Shown here piece by piece: positions 36,161 through 47,894 of a stretch of DNA of 64,000 nucleotides. The notes beneath the pieces are model-generated. The model made no database searches. It had not been told where the DNA came from and was given only the letters and a program-made list of their open reading frames with translations. The number at the start of each line of letters is the position of its first letter. The first letter of the stretch is position 1. Source of the stretch: Octopus sinensis (Eukaryota); the NCBI RefSeq assembly GCF_006345805.1, contig NC_043005.1, positions 101,246,001 through 101,310,000 of the forward strand, given 5' to 3'. The translations under genes were made by a program, and so were the position numbers.

Positions 36161-37431
36161 CGAGGGGCGTTCAATAAGTAATGCCCCTGATCCACTTGCA
36201 GTTGTTTGATCTAGCTGAAATTTTGCATGTGCACTTATTTATACCTCTATAGATTAAATAGCAAATTATAGCTCTGAACTAATTGTGGTATCTGATTTAC
36301 AGGTGTTTGGACTGAGTCAAGTGTGAAATGGATCCTGTTGAGTGTCGAGCAGTGATCCGGTTTTAGTATTTGAATGGATGCTCACCACGGGAGACTTTTG
36401 ATGAAATGAAAGTAACTTATGGTGATGATGCCCCATCATATGACCTTGTAAAACGCTGGCATCGTGAATTCAAACATGGTTGGAACTCTGTAGAAACAGC
36501 TCCCAGATCTGGTCGCACCCCTTCTGCCATTGATGAGGCATCTGTCCGTCAAGTTGAGGCTGCCATTTTGGAAGATCGACGCATAACTATTCACCAAATA
36601 GCCCATGAGGTCAAGATTAGTACCAGGTCTGTGGAAAATATCATTCATGACCATTTGCATATGCAAAAGGTGTCTTCCAGATGGATTCCCAGGTTGCTCA
36701 CACCTTTCCAGAAGCATGAACGCATTGAGTGCTCGAGGATGAATTTGGAGATGTGCCAAGAAGATGAGTCAAAATTTTTCAAAAGACTGATTACACAGGA
36801 TGAAACCTGGGTCCATCACTATGATCCATAGACCAAAGCCCAGTCAATGCAGTGAAAGCACCGTGACTCACCTCCTCCAAAGAAGGCAAGGGTGCAGCCC
36901 TCCGCTGACAAGGTTATGCTCACAGTCTTCTGGGACCAGGACAGAGTAGAGATGACAGATTTCCTGGCAAAGGGTACCACAATTACAGGAGCCTATTATG
37001 CTTCACTTTTGAGAAAATTAAGAGAAGCTATCAAAATCAAGAGGCGGGGCAAGATCAGCAAAGGCATCCTCCTCCTGCAGGACAACGCTCCGGTCCACAA
37101 CTCGCGTGTCGCCAGATCAGAAGCACAGGCGTGCAGCTATGAACTCCTCCCCTTGCACCCTCTGATTTTCACCTCTTCCCAGCCATGAAGTTGATTTTGA
37201 AAGGAAAGCGTTTCTCAGATGATGCAGCCTTGATTTCTGAAGTCACGTCGTGGTTGGAGGACCAAGCTGGGGTCTTCTACAAAAACGGTCTCCAGAGCTG
37301 TATCAAACGATGGGAGAAATGCATAACTCTGGGTGGTTCCTATGTAGGAAAAGACTAATAACTGTGCCAAGTGTCGTTGCTCTACTGCTATGGGAAGTGG
37401 GTCAGGGGCATTACTTATTGAACACCCCTCG
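36161..37431 (+). mobile_element. mariner transposon, full length (1271 bp)
   Basis: TA-flanked ~39-bp TIRs CGAGGGG(C/T)GTTCAATAAGTAATGCCCCTGA(T/C)CCACTT. Confidence 0.95.
36328..37360 (+). pseudogene. mariner (DD34D-type) transposase with stops and a deletion at the YSPDL motif
   Basis: WIPRLL, ITQDETWVHHYDP, KVMLTVFWD and LQDNAPVH. Confidence 0.92.
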
Positions 37432-37492
37432 TATATGTATATGTATATATGCATATATATGTATATGCATATATATATATATTTATATATAT

Positions 37493-37542
<50 letters not shown>

Positions 37543-37854
37543 ATATGTATATATACATACGTATATATATATATTATGTATATATATATAAATATATATA
37601 TATATATGTATATATATATGTATATATGTTTATATATTTGTTTTGCAAGATTCTTAATGTGAAATCGTGTGCTGAAACAGATATTGTTGTATTTAGGAAT
37701 GGTCATTTTGCCAGTTTAGCCAATAAAAACACACGCACTATATATTTGGTGTTACTTTGCTTCAGCGTTATTTATTTTTTACATTAATCTTAATCTTATT
37801 TCGGTCAGAGTTCTTTCTTCACACTCCTGTGACCGCATACACACACACATATAT

Positions 37855-38000
37855 AATGAGAATTTACAAAAAATAAAAGACGAAGACGGGTGTTTAAACA
37901 ACAAACAGATGTATTAGTTTAACACTAGAGAAGTGAGAAGGTCTTTGACGTTTCGAACACAGAAATAAACTGGGGGAGAAAATAAAAAAGGTTTAGTGGC
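37855..38000. mobile_element. PLE-like repeat, same family as 9291 (internally deleted)
   Basis: GAGAATTTACAAAAAATAAAAGACGAAGAC...CAGATGTATTAGT...ACGTTTCG. Confidence 0.6.
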
Positions 38001-38010
38001 TACAAGTGCA

Positions 38011-38770
38011 GCAGGTGTGTAAAGTATTTGAGGACATGCCTTTTCTGGGTCATTGTTGCATTTTTTGCTAACACTGTATAATCTTTGTTTCAGAAAATAA
38101 TAATGGCAGACCCTCAGCTTACTCAAGAAATGAAGAGGCATGCTGTTATTGTGGTTATAAAGGCTGAGCATAGCGATTTAGAAATATCTCGATTTTTAAA
38201 AAAGGCCAGATGTTTCATCTATAAAGTTTGTAAGAAGCTAGAGAATGAAGATGGAAATGTATCACCAGTATCAAAGCATAAGAAGTATTCTAAATGCTCT
38301 GAAATCATCAGAACACCTGAATTTATCCAGCAAGTTCAACAGACCGTTGATTATAATAAGAGAAAGACCATAAAGTCAATTGCAAAAGGTCTCTATGTGT
38401 CAGAAGGCACAGTCAGAAATGTTGCCCACAAAGACATCAGATATAAGTCTTATATGAAGAGGGAATGTCAATTTGTCAGGAAAAGCAAAGAAAATCACTA
38501 CATCAGATCTAAAATGCTCTTAAGCAAAATGAAAAATCCAGCAGAAGATTTGATTTGATTTTTCTCAAGTGAGAAAAACTTCAACCAAGATTAAAAAGTG
38601 AACAGAAGAAATGACAGATGGTTGTGTGCAAACCCTTCTGAAGTTCCAAGTGTTATGCATACAAAATTTCCTGCAACTGTTATAGTTTCAAAGATTCTTT
38701 GAAAGCTGACATAGTCAGAGTAATGTCCAAAATGGACCAGGACCACTTGATTCGAGCATGTAGATTATTT
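38011..38770 (+). mobile_element. maT/DD37D relic, same family as 688-1938, internally deleted
   Basis: MADPQLTQEMKRHAV...IRTPEF, homologous to the 778-1140 region. TIR-like AAAGTATTTGAGGACA. Confidence 0.85.
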
Positions 38771-38829
38771 AGATTTAGTAAGTAGGAAGGCTACCAAATC
38801 ACAAAATCTTCTGCTCAATCTGTAGAAAA

Positions 38830-39108
38830 AGCTTGGGAAGAAATCCATAAGATATACCTGGTGTAAGCTATGGACACATAGAAGGTGCAGCAATATCAAA
38901 GGAAAGTTAACTGGGAAAATAGTTTTTGTGTGTGGAAGATGCACAAGGGCAATAATCACTGAAGATGTACAGAAAACAGATTCCATCACATGCTGGGGGG
39001 GAGGGGAGAAACTAGAAGTAGTTAATACCTTCTGCTACCTAGGCGACCAAATATGTAGTGGGGGTTGTTGCTCTGAGAGTGTAGCAACTAGAATAAGAAT
39101 ACAGTTCT
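38830..39108 (+). mobile_element. RTE LINE internal fragment
   Basis: EKLEVVNTFCYLGDQICSGGCCSESVATRIRI, the RT thumb region FCYLG motif. Confidence 0.75.
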
Positions 39109-39290
39109 ATATTTAAGAGATGAGGAATTATGTACATTATTTTCATTCGATGGATATTTGTCCCCATCTTGTTTATTAACTCAACATTTCGGCTGATATA
39201 TCCTCCAGCCTTTATCAGGTGTCTTGTGGAAATTTCGAACCTGGGTTCTCATTCCTAAGGTATATTTCGATGTTGTTGTTGTTATTATTA
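39108..39290 (-). mobile_element. PLE-like repeat with a degenerate hammerhead
   Basis: Minus strand: ACAC-CTGATAA-AGGCTG..CAGCC-GAAATGTTGAGT. Confidence 0.5.
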
Positions 39291-39296
39291 TTATAC

Positions 39297-39318
<22 letters not shown>

Positions 39319-39328
<10 letters not shown>

Positions 39329-39534
39329 AGGGTACAAATTGATATTAATCAATTAAAACCAGTGGCCTAACATATTTTTTTTTAAATCTGAAGATTAAAA
39401 ATTTTTTTACATACAAAATTTAGAGGACTGACCACTAAAAAAATGGACAGCCTATATGCTAAATATAGATTTTGACATCTATATCTAGCATATAGGCTGT
39501 CCATTTTTTAGTGGTCAGTCCTCTAAATATTGTA
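39319..39534. mobile_element. TA-embedded element ending in a ~120-bp near-perfect hairpin
   Basis: Arms 39412-39470 / 39477-39534 with a TTTGAC loop. Related termini at 25111-25222. Confidence 0.8.
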
Positions 39535-39597
39535 TATATATATATATAGACAGACAGACAGACAGATAGATGTTTGTGTACATATATATATATATGC

Positions 39598-39900
39598 ATA
39601 TACTATAGCCTCAGGCTGACCAAAGCCTTGTGAGTGGATTTGGTAGACAGAAACTAAAAGAAACCCATTGTATATAAGTGTATCTTTGTGTGTGTGTGTG
39701 TGTGTGTTTGTACTCCCACCATCGCTTGACAGCTGATGTTGGTGTGTTTACGCCCCTGTAACTTAGTGGTTCAATGAAAGAGACTGATAGAATAAGTGCT
39801 AGGCTTACAAAGAATAAGTGCTGGGGTCGAGTTGTTCAACAAAATGTGGTGCTCCAGCATGGCCACAGTGAAATGACTGAGACAAGTGAAAGAATAAAAA
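39598..39900 (+). mobile_element. SINE family B, 5'-truncated
   Basis: Family B body and tail. Confidence 0.85.
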
Positions 39901-41559
39901 AAAACTATGCCATTTTAATCCCTGCTTGTATACAATAAAAAAAAATTGTCTTTTTAGCACAATTGAGATAATAGATTTGTGAACATTAAATGAATTTGAA
40001 TCAAGTTATTGTATGTTTTATATAAGCCCAGTAAACAGATACAACTGAGGACATTCCAACAACAAAGCAATGCATTGAGTTGCTTTCATGCATAAATGTT
40101 GCGATATTAAGAGATTCCGGTTATTATGGACATTGATTGTACAGAGTGTTCATAAAGAAGGTCACAATTATCTTCTGTTTACACAAGGAAATAGATTTAG
40201 AGCCATGTTGTTGCATTCGCATGCAGCTTTTTACAAATAGAAATATGACCACATGTTTTCATGCTTGAAAATCCATGGCTGTCCATTTGAATGCTGCATG
40301 CAAATATTGCAAACATGCATGCTTATGAATGTAAAAATATAAGAATATTTTAACGCTGTGTGCAAATGTGTGAGACTCCGTGTTTACCAAAGTAAGAATA
40401 CACAGGCATATATGAACGTGCATCAGTCATAAACATGTTCAAAAGAGGTAAAGAGGTTAAGCTTAAGAGACAAGATGGCAGTGTACATGCCTTTTCGGAT
40501 TATTTAATGTTTATAGATTGGATCTTTATATGTTCAGTTGACTGTTTACAGAAATGAAAGTTCTTGGGATTGGATCAGCATTAAATGCAATAAAAATAGC
40601 AACCTTAGATTTTTATTTTAATCCCATTCTTTGTTGTAAGGCTTTTCACCAATATTAACAACACCTTTGATCCACCATGTCCCCCCAAAAGCCATATGTC
40701 CTTTACATTGCTAAACGAATCTGCTGTTATCGCTATAGAAACCACATTGATGTCAAAGTCTGCATTAAATGCAGTCAAACTCAATAAACAATTCATTTGC
40801 TACTTGCCAAAGGTGTGTTCATTGGTTGAAATCTTTGTTCCACTCCTACTAGAAAGCTTTCAAAAAAATCTATTTTCTGAATATCCTAGATTTCCTTGTT
40901 TTGCTTCTGGTGTTTCTAGCTGAACAGAAGCAGACATACTTGAGTATAATCAAACTATCCAGTTCTTGATTTTTTTCCTTCCTTTTTATATTTTACTTTA
41001 TTTCTACTTATTTCTCTTCTGTCCACTTATTCCTGTTGATCTACCGATCCTCAGAACGCCAATTCTCTCCTTTACTGAGTGGAATATGTGAAGAATAACT
41101 TAACAAATATGGAAAAACATCTAGCAATTACAAGAAATAAAATATTAATTATCAACAAAAACACATTTTTAGATGAATATTCTATGTTCATATTCAAGTA
41201 AGTAAAGTTGGAATGACTTCGTTAGAAAATGATGCTGCTAGCACAATTTTATTGAAGTCATTTTCCATCTCATATTCCATGTATGCACAATGCATGCCGC
41301 AATCAACACAAGCTGCCTTTATTGAAACAGATTGAGATTTCTGGAAAGTTATTAAGAATACAATCCCAGTGTGATGCGTAGTAAAATTAGCAGATGGAAT
41401 GTATGAGTCACTGTCAAATATTTTGTGTGTTATTTCTCTGTTTGTGAAATATCAACTAACAAGGGGCCTGTCAACAACACCAGCTAATATTCTAGATTAC
41501 AAGTAACAGGAGAGCCTCAACGAGTACCTTAAACTATTAAAACCCAAAAAAACTATATA

Positions 41560-41974
41560 CTCTTTACTCTTTTACTTGTTTCAGTCATTTGACTGTGGCC
41601 ATGCTGGAGCACCGCCTTTAGTCGAGCAAATCGACCCCAGGACTTATTCTTTGCAAGCCTATTCCATTGGTTTCTTTTGCAGTTGTGCTGAACCCAGAAC
41701 CACTAAGTTAAGGGATGTAAACACACCAGCATCGGTTGTCAAGCGATGTTAGGGGGGGGGGGCAAACACAGACATACACACCTATATATATATACGTATA
41801 CATATATACGACGGGCTTCTTTCAGTTTCCGTCTACCAAATCCACTCACAAAGGCTTTTGTTGGCCCGAGGCTATAGTAGAAGACACTTGCCCAAGGTGC
41901 CATACAGTGGGACTGAACTCAGAACCAAGTGGTTGGTAAGTAAGCTACTTACCACACAGCAACTCCTGCGCCTA
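41560..41974 (-). mobile_element. SINE family B, full length
   Basis: Family B head and tail. Confidence 0.9.
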
Positions 41975-42150
41975 TATATTACCATCATTTATAAACAAAC
42001 ATTTATTATTACCAATAGCTACCAATAATTCAAGTTATAGTTTCAAATTAATTCTATCTTTAAAATTAATTATATTTTTTTTGCTATTTTTGACCAGTTG
42101 TCTTTCCTCTAAATAGCTAATTCCTTGGAATGAGCCTAGTACCTCTAGAT

Positions 42151-42365
42151 ATTGGTTTCAAATTTTAGCAAGAGGTCAGCAGTTTTAAAGGAGGAGCCAA
42201 GTTGATTAAATTAACCCCAGTGCTTAACTGGTACCTATTTTATCAGCTCTGAAGGGATCATAGGTAAAGTCAGAGTCAGCATGATTTGAACTCAGAATGT
42301 TGAGATAGATGAAATCCTACTAAGCATCTGCCCAGCATGCTAACAATTCTGCCAGGTCACTGCCT
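42151..42365 (-). mobile_element. SINE family A variant (different 3' tail), degenerate
   Basis: Family A head and centre, with a tail resembling GCTGGCCTTGTGCCAAAATTTGAAACCAATA as at 55745-55778. Confidence 0.65.
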
Positions 42366-42617
42366 ACATATTAGGAGAAACATGACACTAGATGAAGTGT
42401 GGTTCATTTTTGGCATCGACACAACGGACTGCCATCTTTCTAATTGGAAAACCTCGGGAGAAGTACATAGCTTGGAGTAAGTCAGTCGATCTGGTATCCA
42501 TCAACCTGGATGAAAAGTTTCATGGGATTCTACAATCCTATGTCTGGTTGTTGCTACTATGCAGGAAATCATGGAAGTTGAAGAGTAATGATATGCATGT
42601 ACCATATTTTCTGGCAT

Positions 42618-42790
42618 ATCATCATCATCATCGTTTAACGTCTGCTTTCGATGCTAGCATGGGTTAGATGGTTCGACCAGGGTCTGAGAAACCAGGAGGC
42701 TGCACCAGGCCCAGTCTGATCTGGCAGTGTTTCTACAGCTGGATGCCCTTCCTAATGCCAACCCCTCCGTGAGTGTAGTGGGTGCTTTGA
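42618..42790 (-). mobile_element. RTE-associated (GAT)n-tailed element
   Basis: Revcomp homologue of 7200-7383. Confidence 0.75.
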
Positions 42791-43304
42791 GATATTTACA
42801 GCCAAGGAAGTAGGTCAACTTATACATCAAGACGACTTAGTAGGACCAAAAATTCTATGTGAAATGCGACAGGATTTTTAAAGAGAGTGATGATGTTTAA
42901 ATGTTTACATTCTATACCATGTCAACATGTATGCCAAATAATATTCCCGACAGACAATGTCGGGGACAATTATTTGCTCTTTCACCCAAACAAAGGCTCT
43001 CCACTAATGAACATGGTAAGACTTTGTATGAAATACTGGACAACTCCTGTACCATACCATATAGTTCTATGGCTATATCAACACTGTCTGACAGACTGAT
43101 ACAGATAACTACTTATACCCAGTGGTTTCCACTACAACATAGATATGATAGCTTTAGTTAGTTAAACTCCACCTGTGGCATCAAGCCTAACATGTTGGTC
43201 TGTCAGCTGCTACAAGGTAGAATGCATCAAAATAGACTGATGAATGGAGATGGGATGGTTTAATCCAATCACAGACTATTCTGCCCCTCGTACTATTAGC
43301 ATGA

Positions 43305-43530
43305 GCTGGCAGAAACATTAGCACGCCGAGCGAAATTCTTAGCAGTATTTCGTCTGCTACTACGTTCTGAGTTCAAATTCCGCCGAGGTCGACTTTGCCT
43401 TTCATCCTTTAGGGGTCGATAAAATTAAGTACCAGTTATGCACTGGGGTCGATATAATCGACTTAATCTGTTTGTCTGTCCTTGTTTGTCCTCTCTGTGT
43501 TTAGCCTCTTGTGGGTAGTAAAGAAATATA
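43305..43530 (+). mobile_element. SINE family A with a 14-bp TSD
   Basis: TACTATTAGCATGA at 43291-43304 and 43531-43544. Confidence 0.92.
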
Positions 43531-44899
43531 TACTATTAGCATGATAGAAAGTGCTCCTTTCTCGCACATAATTATGTAGGAAAGAAAGGAGCGAACAAAT
43601 GGAGACAACACACAGAAAAGAGGGATTTCTTAAAAATTTTTTGGAATTTCCCTGGTGTCGGTGAATGAATGGACAGAGTGTAAGATAGTTTTCCATGATC
43701 GGTATCATGAAAATATGCATCTAGGACATTCTGTAAAGGGGTTGGTAACGGTAAGGGCACCCAGTCATAGAAATCATGCCAAAAATATAATCTACCACCA
43801 ACATGTAAACTTAGACTACTCTGGGAGGGCAGTAATTGCAGAGAAGAACTCAGACTGTGATCATCCATCCACTTGGTGCCAGAATGAAAAAGTAGACATA
43901 AAACGAAGATTCATTTACTGTTTTTGTTCTTTGAATAACCAAAACATATTTCTTTAAACTAGTACAATCTTTTAGTTTTTCCAGAGTCTAATTCTTCTAA
44001 CATTCTCTTTTCATCTAATTTACAGTCTATAAATGTTCAAATTTATTCTGCATCATATTCTGCAGTACTATCTTAAATGTTTGCATTTTAAGGTTATAAT
44101 GAAATCATAGCATGGACACGAATCTACAAGAGTCAACTTGTTAAAATCGATTTTCAGAATGAAAAAGTTTACACCGGAAAATTAGACCAGTGAAGCTACA
44201 TAAGTTTGTGATACTATTAACATTATTACATGCTGGTCAGTTGAAGAAAGCAATCATTCTTCTCTTGCCAAAGAGCAATGACCAACTAAAAGTCAATGCA
44301 CAAACACAGGTAGCAACAATTTAATGTAGAATGTAGGGAAGCACAGCATTTGGAGTATAAATTACAACGTTAAACTAAAGGTTGACATGGGTGAACACTT
44401 CCTCAATAACCATGTAGCAAGAAGTATATAAAGAGTGTGTGCATGCATGTGTGTGTATGCTATGCCATCTCCAATTATTTGTAAACCACTTCATGGTATA
44501 AGGTACATTTTATCATGGCATCGGTACTATTACAGTTGCCTTGTGCTACATACTCAGCGTTTCGCTTCAATGTAACATGGCCAAAAAAGGCAAATAGAAG
44601 AGAGTGCAATGATAGAAGCAGAGAGAGAGAGAGAGAGAGAATACACTAAGTGTATGACAGAGAAAACAGAGTGTGATACAGTGTATAGGAGAGAGAAGTT
44701 GTGTCATGAAGAGTGAGTGATGGAGAGATAATTAATAGAGAGATCAAAGAGGCGATAGAGAGGTAACAACGGGAGAGTTAACAGAGATTTATTGAACAAG
44801 GGTCCCAAATGTATAGCCCAGTCTCCAACACGAAAATTTCTTTTAATAATCATTATGTTACCTTTGTACAGGTGTGTGGGTCTTCATCTATGTTACATG

Positions 44900-45100
44900 T
44901 TACCAATTATCATGAACTTCTGTCATCTCCTTTGTTAGGCTTGGCATCCTGAGATCAGTCTTCACCCCTCCATTCCATGTTTTCTTGAGTCTCCTACTTC
45001 CATTTTCTACTACCTTTGAGTATTCTGCATTTATTTATACAGCTCTTATCCTCTATAAGCATTATACACCTGTACATACTATGCCTGATTTCTCATAGTT
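44900..45100 (-). mobile_element. RTE LINE 3' fragment, degenerate
   Basis: Minus strand: GSRRLKKTWNGGVKTDLRMPSLTKEMTEVHDNW. Confidence 0.6.
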
Positions 45101-46395
45101 TTTTGCTCAGCTCATTTGTACTACATCATTTATTTACCTTTAATAACAATATATATAACAATATGTGTATGTAGCTATTATACACACACACATATGCATG
45201 CACACACACGCACACACACATATTTGAAAGAACAACAAAAAGCAGTATTAGTGGGTTTTCAAAATATTCATCCCTACAGCTATTTCAGTAATTCTTACAT
45301 CATGTAATCATTACAAAATTTGTAAGAACCCTCTAATCAGGGAACCATTTTGAAATATAAACTATAGAATTCAACTCCACTCTTATCTAGGGTAAAGATT
45401 TTAAAAAAAATAAATGAAGAAAATATTAGATCATTAGTTCAACAGGAAATTTGGCTAGCATTTAATATGTCTATGTAGATTATGGTATCCTACATTGTTA
45501 TGTAAACCAAATTACTTTACAGGGCCCAGACCATTAGGAGAAATATTAGCTCCATCGTTAATATTAGTTTTATTATTAGGAATTGAATATTTTGAAATTT
45601 CACTAATATTGTTTTCTATTGTTCTTTCAAATGCACTTTATTCTGTTTGTGTGTTAGTCTACTTCATAATATGCATTTTATATGCAACTAGCACTATGAC
45701 GCCGGGTCATAGTGCTAGTGCATGCATATACAGCTGCATGCGTGTGCACATACATGCGAGTACTGTCCAACTCTCCGACCAATCACATACAGCTAGCTGG
45801 CATTCAATTGGTGTATCAAGTTTTGGGCATTTTGATTGGGTTTTGGATAGAAAATTCATAAAAAAGTCACTTCTATTGATTTTTTAATGGCTTTGTGGGG
45901 TGACTGGGGAAATTTAAAGATGTGCACGACCACCCTTGGACGGTTTTGAATAACCATAGAAAGTGTGAGCCCTCTGACTGAAAAATTGTGGATTTGTATA
46001 AAGGACACACAGACAGACATTTTGCCGTTTATATCAGGATCCAAATGCAGTACATTATATCAAGCGTTTATGCATTAAACTTGGGATGTCTGCTACAGAG
46101 ACATTGGGCATGCTTCAGTAAGCTTACAGCTACAAGGCAATGGGCTGTACACAATCTTTCAAGTGGTGTGGGCACTTCAAAAGTGGAAGAACATCCCGAG
46201 AAGACAATGAGCATACCTGGAAGAGGATGAACGTCCCTAGAAGACCTGTCATGAATGTCACCCCTGAAAATGTGGCATTGTGCCTCAAGAATTTGTCCAC
46301 CAGGGCCAGACCATCAATCAAGCATTCTACTGCAATATTTTGAAGCATTTGAGGAAGAATATTCAGTGAAAGCGACCAGATTGCTAATCTGTTAT

Positions 46396-46797
46396 AGGCG
46401 CAGGAGTGGCTGTGTGGTAAGTAGTTTGCTTAACAATCACATGGTTTCGGGTTCAGTCCCACTGCGTGGCACCTTGGGTGTCTTCTACTATAGCCTCAGG
46501 CCAACCAAAGCCTAGTGACTGCATTTGGTAGAAGGAAACTGAAAGAAGCCCGTCGTATATATGTATATGTATATATATATGTGTGTGTGTGTGTGTGTTT
46601 GTGTGTCTGTGTTTGTCCCCCCAACATCGCTTGACAACCGATGCTGGTGTGTTTACGTCCCTGTAACTTAGCAGTTTGGCAAAAGAGACCAATAGAATAA
46701 TTACTAGGCTTCCAAAGAATAAGTCCTGGGTCGATTTACTCACCTAAAGGCGGTTTCCAGTATAGCCACAGTCAAATGACTGAAACAAGTAAAAGAG
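46396..46797 (+). mobile_element. SINE family B nested in the mariner
   Basis: Family B head and tail. Interrupts the transposase relic. Confidence 0.9.
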
Positions 46798-46962
46798 GAT
46801 TTGCAGACCACGAAGAATTGGATTCTTCCCGATGGCAACGCACCCTGTCACCAAAAACAACATGGTATCACTTCCCCACCTGCCCTATTCACCAGATTTA
46901 GCACCTGCAGACTTCCAGCTCTTCCCCAAGATGAAAAAGCAGCTCAAAGGTTGCCATTTTAA

Positions 46963-47185
46963 TCCTTTCATTACTGTATTTCTGTTGAGATGCTCTGTGT
47001 TTCTTTCAGTTAATTTTAAATATAACAAAGAATTTAGTAAAATAACTTAGTTACCATTCAGCTAGTGTTAGGAACATAAATTGTGACTAAGGTTTGGTGG
47101 AAGATTTTTAATTCAAAACTTATGAAAACAAGACATTTATACTACACAGCCAGAGCCGGTTTCAGCCGGGTTGGTAACAAAAGGG
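46963..47185. mobile_element. piggyBac-type MITE nested in the mariner
   Basis: TTAA at 46959-62 and 47186-89. Removing it restores the reading GCHFNTIVE. Opposite orientation to 20285-20760. Confidence 0.88.
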
Positions 47186-47525
47186 TTAACACCATTGTTG
47201 AGATCCAGATCGAATCACAAAAGGTTCTCAACTTCCTTATGGAAAACAGCACCAAGGCTGGCTTCCAAGAGTGGCAGGAATGTTGAGACCAATGTATTAC
47301 TGCACAAGGTGAACATTTCAAATGAGATGATGTGAAAACTTTGGTAAATAAGTTATTTTTTATCAAAATAACTTGTCTGGAAACATTTTAATACCACCTC
47401 ATATGTATGTGTGTGTGTTGTGTGTGTGTGTATATATATATATATATAAGTATGTATCAGTGTGTGTGTATGTATATGTGTGTGTGTGTGTGTCTGTATG
47501 TGGATACACATACATATGTATGTAT

Positions 47526-47880
47526 GGGGAACTTTTATGAAAATAAACAAAAGACGAAGGCAGGTGGAAAACAAACGAACAATTGTATTAGTATGGCGCT
47601 CAGGAAATATAAATAAAACAAGTCTTTAACGTTTCGAGCCTACGCTCTTCAACAGAAAGATACACAGAGAGAGAAAAACACAGAAAGAAGGAGAGAAAAA
47701 AAATGCGTGCAGTAGCTAACGAATCAACATGGCGATTGTATGTATGTATGTATATATAGAGGGGGGAATTCATGAAAACAACAAAAGACGAAGACAGGTG
47801 GTGTAGAAAACAAACAGATGTATTGGTTTAACGCTCAGGAATAGAAAAAGTCTTTTACGTTTCAAGCCTATGCTCTTCAC
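47526..47880. mobile_element. Two tandem copies of the PLE-like 9291 family
   Basis: AAAAGACGAAG(G/A)CAGGTGG...GTATTAGT...ACGTTTC at ~47526 and ~47760. Confidence 0.65.
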
Positions 47881-47894
47881 ACACACACACATAT

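Larger units (their letters stand above)
45990..47403 (+). mobile_element. Degenerate mariner carrying two nested insertions
   Basis: HFKSGRTSREDNE, FVHQGQTINQAFYCNILKHLR, YSPDLAPADFQLFPKMKKQLKGCHF|NTIVEIQ. Right TIR ends ACCACCTCATA. Left end not found. Confidence 0.8.

Noticed and set aside
40560-41100. Possible exon or gene in a repeat-free stretch
   Set aside because: All frames I tried are interrupted and no motif was recognised.
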